Shown here: piece after piece, positions 1-8,700 of the stretch
Layout of the letters: each line of letters opens with the position of its first letter
How positions within the stretch are numbered: the first letter of the stretch is position 1
From: an archaeon
GTDB lineage: Archaea; Iainarchaeota; Iainarchaeia; Iainarchaeales; 1-14-0-10-31-34
Reading direction: 5' to 3'
Assembly (NCBI GenBank): GCA_043815885.1
Contig: JBDRIL010000038.1
Location: 1-23,653, forward strand
Length of the DNA stretch: 23,653 nt
Translations under genes and position numbers: made by a program
Notes under the pieces: generated by a model
Told to the model about the DNA's origin: nothing
What the model saw: only the letters and a program-made list of their open reading frames with translations
Databases searched by the model: none

Positions 1-1
1 T

Positions 2-679
2 AAGACAAAAGGAGGCAATAAGGAAGTAAAGTACAAGCAATTAACTAGTATTGATTCAGTTGATGTAGCTGAACTTACTGCAAGGAGAATGGATGACTGC
101 ACTGGAGAATTCATAAAAAAGGAAATGGATATTCCGAAGACTCCGACAGAACAGAAGAATGCAAAATGCGATGCAGGAGAAATTCCTTCAGGAATTTCGG
201 GCAGTGTAGTTAATCCAAACTGCTTTGAAAAACACAGTGAATCCTATGCGGAAATAATTGAGACATATGCTAAAGCGAATAGGTTGTCTGCAATTGAGGC
301 ACTTGCAGTACTGCAACAGGAATCAAGTTGCGGGGTTCTTGCTCCAAATAATCCAATGCAGGCTTCAGGCTGCAGTAATGTAACATGTTCCTTCCAGAGA
401 GGATTTAAGGTATTGAGGGAAGCATATGATATGGCAGACTATTATAGATTGATTGGGGAAGACAAACAAGTGCTGGCTTTATACGGATACAACAGGGGAA
501 CAGGAAATGAGGAAAGAGCAATAACTTTAATGACTGAAGGGCATAGCAGAACTGATTCAATGGTAATGGCTTGCGAGGAATGGTATGCTCCTTCAAAGTG
601 CATGGAAGGACAAACAAGTTTACCCATAGATAAATGCTGTAATTCTCCTGGCTATGGAGCACAGTATCCTGAAAGGTAA
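2..679 (+). CDS. 5'-truncated Cys-rich protein with C-terminal lysozyme-like / lytic transglycosylase (SLT/CwlT-like) domain
   Basis: The frame of ORF 89..679 is open back to position 2 (KTKGGNKEVKYKQLTSIDSVDVAELTARR-M), so the true start lies upstream of the window. Motifs occur in SLT order: YAEIIETYAKANRL..ALAVLQQES (putative catalytic Glu, codon 320-322), NPMQ (GLMQ/DPMQ-like), SFQRGFKVL, LALYGYNRG (AYNxG-like), YGAQYPE. The real C-terminus may extend to 714 via a frameshift (see findings). Confidence 0.75.
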   Translation, partial: KTKGGNKEVKYKQLTSIDSVDVAELTARRMDDCTGEFIKKEMDIPKTPTEQKNAKCDAGEIPSGISGSVVNPNCFEKHSESYAEIIETYAKANRLSAIEALAVLQQESSCGVLAPNNPMQASGCSNVTCSFQRGFKVLREAYDMADYYRLIGEDKQVLALYGYNRGTGNEERAITLMTEGHSRTDSMVMACEEWYAPSKCMEGQTSLPIDKCCNSPGYGAQYPER

Positions 680-714
680 TGGGAATCATTGATAAAATTG
701 CTGAGTCCTGCTAA

Positions 715-721
715 TTTTTTT
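715..721 (+). terminator. Putative archaeal oligo-T terminator
   Basis: T7 run directly after TAA at 712-714. Confidence 0.4.
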
Positions 722-731
722 ATTTCAAAAG

Positions 732-753
732 AATAACTATTTATATGAATTAA
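732..753 (+). promoter_or_regulatory. Putative archaeal BRE/TATA promoter of the pilin-like gene
   Basis: AATAACTATTTATATGAATTAA, with TTTATAT at 740-746, ~30 nt upstream of ATG 777. There is no SD, consistent with a leaderless or short-leader mRNA. A near copy lies at 2645-2665. Confidence 0.55.
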
Positions 754-776
754 CCACATAATAATTCTGGATTCTG

Positions 777-2597
777 ATGGACAGGAAGGGTTTCACTCTT
801 TTTACTGCTTTAGTGGCTTTTGTGCTGATTGTATTGAGTGTATTGTTAGTGCATGGAATGATCAGGGCAGAGAGAGACAGGATTGACTTGATTGCAGGGA
901 TAGAGGAACAGACGACAATGCAGACTATTGCTGACATGGAGAGGAGTGATGCAATGCAGATACTGATTTATGATTTAAGGTTTATAATGGAGAGATGGTT
1001 TAATCAGCAATCTAAATGCGGTGAAAGTGAAGGAAAAGAAAAATGCACTGGAGGCATTGGGCCAGTCTGCAAATGGGAGGAAGGCGAAGAGGAAAAAGTA
1101 TTTTGTTCTTTTGATGAATTAGTGGATAATTTTTCTGTCACATATTTTGGAGGAAACGGAACGGAAAATGAGGATGCGGCATCACAGATGTCCAACTGGA
1201 TGGCTACTTCCCTAATGAATTTACTTCCAAGAGAAAAGAGAGTTGGAAGTTATGTGATTAGAATAGAGGATGATGTCAATGAAGAAACAAGTGTAACGGA
1301 TAAGTTGAGAGAGGGACTGGAAATATTGATTGAAAAGAGTGCTAATTCAGAGGAAGGGGATTTCTTTGAAGTAATTGAATGCGAGAATGGGGATCCAAAC
1401 AATTGTATCGGGACATTTTATTTGAATTTCAGGGCAAGTGAATTGACTGATAAAGAATACGAGAAACTACCGCAAATAAGTATTAGGAACACTGCTACCG
1501 GAAGAACGATAAGGCAGGCAATCCTTCCAAGAGAAAATTTCAGGGTTTACGTTCCATTAAGAATATTTAAAGCAATAGCAGAAGCAAGGGCATTGGCATT
1601 GGATTATTATGCGGAAGGAGAAGAAATTGATTGGACAGAAAATTATGGTTTGTTGAGTCCAAGGATTCATAATGAGATAGAGGAAATGAGGATTGGGATG
1701 TGTGATGCAGGAGTCTGCTATCCAAGGGAAAACCCATATGAAGAGCCTGATGAAAAAAACATTAAAGGCCACCTGTGCCCGGGGGCCCCTTTCTATAGCC
1801 CCGGTAAATGGGTGAAAATTAATTGTGCAGGAAGTGAATTATCAAAGAGGATGAAATGCGAGAATGCAGATATCTATTACGACCCACAGGAAACAGAAAG
1901 TATGAAAAGTGCACTTGATGAATTGGTTAGGAACCGGCTGGAGTTTTTGGTTAAAGAAAGCATTGGAAGGACTTTTGAGATAAAACAGGAAGACAGGTTT
2001 GAATTAAAAAAAGTTGAATTGAGCTCTACTGATATAGAAGTAACTAGATCGAAGAAAATCATAGTGGCACCTGGATCTGAAAAAACGGAATCAAAACCAA
2101 ACGACCATTCTTCATATAAGTCAAATTATTTCTTTGGGGAAGGCTCTTCAGCTTGCCCGATGGTTGATTCAGAAGCAAGGGTTGGTTTATTCTATAATTA
2201 CTCTGATAAAAATGTTTACAAGAATCCTGTTCCGAATGGAAAGCTTGAGTGTGAGGATATAACGAATGGAAATGTTTTCTCGCATTGCGCTGAAGTCAAG
2301 TCAATTGAATTCGCTGTATTCTTTACAGAAACAGATGGAAATTATGTAGTGAATAAAAAATTGCTTGAAGAGGGAGGGCCATTATATGGAATAAAGATAA
2401 AGGATAACTGGTATACTCCATTCACTGCGAGATACAATGCTCCTCTTGACCCCCAGGGGAGTTGTGCTTTAGCGAGTGATGCTTACAGAAATGATTTGCC
2501 TTGTAATTTGAGTGATTGGACCTGCGAATCAAGAACTTTTATGGAAATGGGTGGTTTCGGGAATATTGAAGAAAGCTATGGTTGTAGTGTTCCCTGA
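777..2597 (+). CDS. Large Cys-rich type IV pilin-like protein with class III (prepilin) signal peptide, 606 aa
   Basis: N-terminus MDRKG|FTLFTALVAFVLIVLSVLLV: short basic leader, KG/F prepilin-peptidase site and hydrophobic helix, followed by a long amphipathic helix. The acidic body has 18 Cys, consistent with a disulfide-bonded extracellular domain. Confidence 0.7.
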   Translation: MDRKGFTLFTALVAFVLIVLSVLLVHGMIRAERDRIDLIAGIEEQTTMQTIADMERSDAMQILIYDLRFIMERWFNQQSKCGESEGKEKCTGGIGPVCKWEEGEEEKVFCSFDELVDNFSVTYFGGNGTENEDAASQMSNWMATSLMNLLPREKRVGSYVIRIEDDVNEETSVTDKLREGLEILIEKSANSEEGDFFEVIECENGDPNNCIGTFYLNFRASELTDKEYEKLPQISIRNTATGRTIRQAILPRENFRVYVPLRIFKAIAEARALALDYYAEGEEIDWTENYGLLSPRIHNEIEEMRIGMCDAGVCYPRENPYEEPDEKNIKGHLCPGAPFYSPGKWVKINCAGSELSKRMKCENADIYYDPQETESMKSALDELVRNRLEFLVKESIGRTFEIKQEDRFELKKVELSSTDIEVTRSKKIIVAPGSEKTESKPNDHSSYKSNYFFGEGSSACPMVDSEARVGLFYNYSDKNVYKNPVPNGKLECEDITNGNVFSHCAEVKSIEFAVFFTETDGNYVVNKKLLEEGGPLYGIKIKDNWYTPFTARYNAPLDPQGSCALASDAYRNDLPCNLSDWTCESRTFMEMGGFGNIEESYGCSVP

Positions 2598-2644
2598 ATT
2601 TCGGGTTAGGGATTAATTAATATAAATAGAGGGGGAGGGAAAAC

Positions 2645-2665
2645 AATAATTATTTAAATGATTAA
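2645..2665 (+). promoter_or_regulatory. Putative archaeal BRE/TATA promoter of the giant-protein genes
   Basis: AATAATTATTTAAATGATTAA, with a TTTAAAT box, in the 2598-2717 intergenic region. It closely resembles the motif at 732-753. Confidence 0.5.
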
Positions 2666-2717
2666 ATACATATAATTCTTTTATTGTGATTAAACATAAA
2701 TCTGGCCAGTGAATGGA

Positions 2718-5700
2718 ATGGGTGTAAAGGAATTTTATCATTCGATTGAGGACAAGTATTATGCTTTAATGGATTCATTGGACAAGAGAGGAATTCCTGT
2801 TTATAAGGCGATTGATTTCCTTGAGTCAAAGAATATTCCTTCTTTTCCTGTATTCATTTTATCAATAATAATTCTGATTGCATTAATTTATTTTGCTTTT
2901 ACTCTAAGTGGAGTCATCAGCCCAATGAATGAATTCACTTTGAGCGTAGGTGATGAATCAGGGAATGCATTGACTGGAGCAAGAGTGACTCTAACATATG
3001 ATGAAGAAACTTCCACTAAGACAACAAATGATGACGGAAAAGCAGTGTTCAGTGTTCCTGCGGGAAAGAATTTTTCGGTTATAGTGAGAAAGGAAGGATA
3101 CGCGGAAAAAGCAAAAGAGTTTTCTGCTGTAGACAAGAGTGGAATGCTTAGCCTTGCATTACTTCCATTGAACAGAATTGAAATAATGCTGTACAAGGAA
3201 GGAACCACTCAATTGATTGATGAAACAGTGACTGTATCATTTTATTGTTCTGAGGGAGACTATCTTGAAGAACGAACTACTTCTACCGGAAGAATTACTT
3301 TGGAGGGGGTTCCGTCTGATTGCGGGAGACTGATTGCAGATGTAGTTGGGGGGGATTGCATTGAAGGATGCAGTATTGACAGTTCAAAGGACACTGCATC
3401 AATTTATCTTTCAGGAAAAGAGAAAGAAGAAAAAGGAGAATTAAATGTAGAGGTAGTGAATGAATCAGGAGATGCTTTAACGGGAATTCATGTTAATTTA
3501 ATTCCATTCAATGGAAGCATCAGCGCGGAAACAAGCTGTGTTACTTATGGAAGCGGAAGCTGTACAATGGATAATATTCCTTTTGGAGATTATTATGTGA
3601 CTGCTTATGACCCGAATGAAGGCTATTCTTTCTATAATTCTTCTGTTGAAGGAGAAATCATCAGCATCAATCCTTCCAATCCAGTAAAATACTTTGAAAT
3701 TACAATGAAGAAGGATGTGCTTGGACAGATAAATGTAATAGTGATTGATGCTTCTACTGGAGAGGGAGTAGAGAATGCAGAAGTGAAATTATTGAGGGAT
3801 AATTTAAAACAGGAAACAAAGAAAACGAATGAGGAAGGTGTGGCTGTATTTAATGTCGGGACAACGCAGGAGGTTTTTTCTCTTGCAGTGAATCACCCTG
3901 ATTATTTGATTGCGGATTCAATTACTGGTGTAGGGGCGAGAGATGAAGCATTTGAGTTTAGGTTGACTCAGGCTACAGCAAACAATTCACAGAGAATTGA
4001 TGTAGAGGTGCTTGATTCAGAGAATGAACCAGTAGAGAATGTTAAAGTGTTTTTGAAGAAAGCTGATGAACCAGAAGTAATAATCGGAAAGGAAATGCTT
4101 ACTGGAATGGATGGAAGAACTTCCTTTGGGAATGTAGAGGAAGGAAGATATATTGTTTATGCTGAAAAGAACGGCTTTCCAGGAAAGAACAGTGAACCAA
4201 TTACTGTAAGGGCGAGGACTCCGGCAAAAATTGTGATTCATTTGGAGATTGGAAGAGGAACAATTGATTTAAGAGTGGTTAACGAAGAAAAGCAGGCGAT
4301 ACAAGGAGCAACAGCAAGGGTAATTGATTTATTCTCCAATAAGGAAATGAGTGAATTAAAATCAGTAACTGATTCAAGCGGTAATGCAGGAATTAATGTC
4401 AGGGCAGACAAGGTCGTGTATCTTAAGGTTAGTGCACCCAATTACGCTGATTTCACTTCTGTTCCGATTAAAATGTATGAGGGAAGCATTCCAAAAGAAA
4501 TTGTATTGGTTGAAGGAATTACAGAACTGGATATTGTATTGCAGGGATTTTATTCAAAGAGCGAGCAGGCAGAGGATTCAGGGGAAGGAATAAAGTTATC
4601 TAAAGGAAATGAATATGTTGCAAAGTTTTTGTTATTGGTTCCTGAAACAGATGCAGTGGAGACAGGAGTGCATATAAGGACTGGAGCAGAAAAGGATAAA
4701 GTAAATAACATAATGGAAAAGGATGACCTTTTTATTGAGAAGATTTATGCATCCAATGCAATGCTTATCAGGGGAACTTCCTTTAATCCTCCAAATGGTT
4801 TTGAGGTTGATTCACAGCATTTGACTTCAGGAGACAGCAAGTGGGCGAATATTGTATTCAATGAACCAGTAAAGGGAGCAATAGAGATTGAGGCAAGAAT
4901 TCAGTTAAAGGAAATAACCTCAAGCAGTTTAATGAATCTGGCTTACAGGGCATGGATTGTGACAGGAGAAGGAGTATTGCGGGAGCCATTTGATGCAGAA
5001 TTAAAGGAAGCGGAATCAACTCCGACAAAGCATTCGCTTTACGCAAAGGCAAAGTATAAGCCGTTAATGACTGGCGCTTCAAGCATGTGTACTGATTACT
5101 TCTGTTATTCCTTGAATATAACTGATTTAAGTTCTGGAATGAAGACAATGATTGCGGATGAGTTTCCTGCAGAAATAAACAATGATTACAGGATGGAGTT
5201 TTCTTTAATCAATGTAACGGAAAAGGATTTTGATAATGTAGAGTTAGAGATAAAGAATGAATTGAAAGGATTACAGCTGAAGAATTACAGTATTGAGGGA
5301 AGCCAGGGAATTGGAAAGGAAGGAAAGATTGTTGTTCCTGTTGGAAGTGTCAGTGAAGGAACAATGATTAATGGAATGATTGAATTCAATGCAAAGAAGG
5401 AAGGACCGAACAAGCTTGAATTGAGTCTGGTTTCTTCCAGTGAAGAAATGGGAAAAGAAAATGTATTCCAGAAGACTATTAAAATTGATACAAAGGCACA
5501 GGGAGAAATGAAGATTGATTTGCTTCCAAAAATACTTGTTCCGTTTATCAACAATAATTTATTGATTAGGATTAGTGACACTGATGAAAATCCATTGAGT
5601 GAGGTACTGGTTGAAGTGAGAAAGGACGGAGAGAATGTAGTCAATGGATTTACTGATGGAGAGGGAGTGTTTGCAGTAACACTGGAGGAAATGGGTCCAA

Positions 5701-8700
5701 GAACAAAGGTAAAGATTGTAGCAGAGAAGAGAGGATACAGGGAAGTAGAGTTAGAGGTTGAAGTACAGAAGGAAATACTTTTAGTTAATCCAACAGAAAT
5801 AAATGAAACATTTATTGTTTCAAAGGAATTCACTGTAAAGAGAGAAATCATTGCAAGGAATATTACAGAGATTCCACTGAATATTGCTGCAGTAGAGGTA
5901 ACAGATGCATTCAATGGAATGGTTCAGTTTACTTGGGAAGAGGATTACAGTGGAAAAGAATTGGTTGCAGTGGAAGACAATAAACTGTATCTGACTATTG
6001 GATTGACTCCAAAAGGGAAAATGGCTGAGGAAACCACTCTTCTTGAGGGAACAATAAATATTGTAGTGGAAAATGAAGAGATTGAAAAGCAGTGGGTCAG
6101 CTCGATTCCTGTAAGCATTACAATTGGTTTGGGCGGAGAGGTGGATGAAGCTGATTGTTTGATTATAGAGCCGGAAGAATGGAGAATTAGAACTGACGGA
6201 ACAAGAGGCGCAAGGAATTTTACTTTAAAGAATATCTGTACAGTGGAAGGAAAGCCTGTTTCTTTGAGGAATTTAGAGGCAAGGATTTTGTGGGAGGGAG
6301 ACAATGAAGTTGCAGGATTTGAACTCACCCCAAAAATGGCTGAAGGAAACAAAATAGAGTTAACCAATAAATGGAAGATAGCAGTTCCACTGGTTAAGCC
6401 AACACTGGAGGATGAGGGAGAGGTAATTGAATTCAGTTTTACTCCTGATGAGATTAATTCGGCTTCTTCTAAGATGAGAATACAATTAAAGGCAACGCAT
6501 TTAACTGAAACAGGAAAACAGGCAATTCAGACAGAGGTAAATACAGAGATACAGATAAGCAAATTGATTGAATGCATTGAAGTAATTGAAAGAGGTCCTT
6601 TAACAATACAGTTAGGGGCATTCTCTCAGGGATATGGAATGTTCCAAGGCCAATTTGGAAATACGGGAAGTCCGTTCGGACAGTATCCAAACTATTACAA
6701 TCAATCCCAGAACTATTATCCTTATGGTTATGGAGGGCAATACTATCAGGGAAGCACTTACGGAAGCTATCCTTATTCTTCAGATGTAATGTATCCTTCC
6801 ACGAATGAATGGATGAACAGGAGCTGGCCTTCAGCTTACTACAACCAGCCTTATGTGGATAACTCAATGATTAATCCTGGATCTATGAATCAATGGCAGC
6901 CAGGAACAGAGTCAAAAACCTCATTTATAGTGCAGAATAACTGCCAGTCAGATGTAGAGATAAGCATTGAGCCAGATCCTAACCTGTCTTCTTCTGATAC
7001 AAGCTTTGAACTTGAACCAGGAAATGAAAAAAAGGTAGAAGTAATGTCTACTTATTTCCCTGGATCTTATCCAGTGTATGTCAGGGCAAAGTTAAAGGAC
7101 TCACAGCAAAAGAAAACAGATATTAAACAAGTAAATGTATTGGTGGAGAATGAATCCCAGAAGAATTACAGGGACTGCATTTACCTGGATAAAAGGACGT
7201 TCCAATTCAATGACTTCATTCAGAAGCCAGTAACAGGAAAAATAATTAATTCTTGTTATGGAATGGGGGTAGTATTGGATTATCAGTCGCTTTCATTGGG
7301 GGACTACCAGGCAGACTATTATGGAAATTCTTACAGGGACCAAAGCACTGTTGACATGACAAAAAATGCTGAATACCAGCCAGGACTGATTAATGATTTC
7401 AGGATACTGGAATTAATCAATAAGCCTGGCCCGAACGGAAAAGTCATTCAGGAATTAAGGTTTGAAATAATCAAAGAAATTGAGAGCAGTTACAGGAGTG
7501 ATATTCCAAAACTCCCAGATGCAAAAGATCCAATAACAGAGATAGGTTTATGGAGATTAAAGCTGACTGGCGCTTACTATACTGTAAGGGCCCCAGAAAT
7601 ACTTGTAGTGAATTTCTATAACAGGTATGGGCAGAGACAAAGCATTCCATTCGATATAATAATTGAGGATTTATGGGCTGCAGTGCCATTGGTTGCAGGA
7701 GAAGTTGAATGGGGAAGCGAGAAAGAAATCTTCCAGGAATGCATTAACAGTGAATCACTGAATGTAAGCAATTACAGGATAGGAAAGACAATGAATGAAT
7801 GTCTGAAGGAGGACGAGGACTTCTTTGAAAAAGGGGGAACTCAGTACCTGCACAGCAATGAAGGAAAGGACAGGGTATTGCAGATAGGAGAAAATTTATG
7901 CGGGCAGGTTGATTCACTGTCACTGGAAGTGAATAGTGTTGCAAAAGAGGAATGGAATGGAATAAAGTTATTGTTTTCGTTATATGACAGCAAACACAAT
8001 GTACAGATGTATGTTGATAAAAGCAACTGGGATGGAACAGAAACAAAGATTGATTATAAATTACCTGCAAGACTTACAAGAATGATTCACGGATACAGCC
8101 AGAGAGTATACATTCCGGTAAAGGTATGCATTGCAGGAGAAAAAAAGCCTGAAGGGCTGACAGATAAAGAACTTGAATGCTATAAAGAATTAAGAAGATT
8201 AGAGAAAGACATTGAAGAACTTAAAAAAGAAATAGAGAGACTGAAAGAATGTGTTGGTTTGGAAAAAGGAAGCAAAGAAAAAATAATTGAAGAAATAGAT
8301 AAGAGCTATACAACAGAGGAAGTTAAATGCGAGACAGGAACAACCGGAGAAGGGGCAAAGAAAAAATACGGGTTTGATAGATTACTGTTTGACTGGGAGA
8401 CTGGAAAAGACCATATAGAGATTCACACATGTGATGATGCTTCAGAGTATTATGATGATGCTGGAAAGATTTTCTGTGATGCAACACAGCAAAGCATTGC
8501 ATTGAATGAAAAGGCAAAGGAAATTGAGAGAGTATTGAAAAGCACTAAAAGCGTCTGTTTGAAAGTGACAGAAACAGGTGTAACGATTTGTGAAGACACA
8601 ACAACAGAGAACCTCCCAGCACACTTCATTAAGCAGGTAAAGGTAAAAGATAAGGTAAGTGGAGAAAACCTAGTGTTCTTTATTGGAAAAGATGGAAGCA

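Noticed and set aside
89..91. ATG 89 as the start of the first gene
   Set aside because: The frame is open to the window edge with the same coding-like composition and no signal peptide follows this ATG, so the gene most likely starts upstream.
2605..2640. TTAATTAA palindrome and G-rich tract GAGGGGGAGGG in the intergenic region
   Set aside because: Short and low-complexity, with no second copy or convincing stem to support a function.
2709..2717. GTG start at 2709 for giant protein 1
   Set aside because: ATG 2718 aligns exactly with the MGLKE starts of both paralogs.
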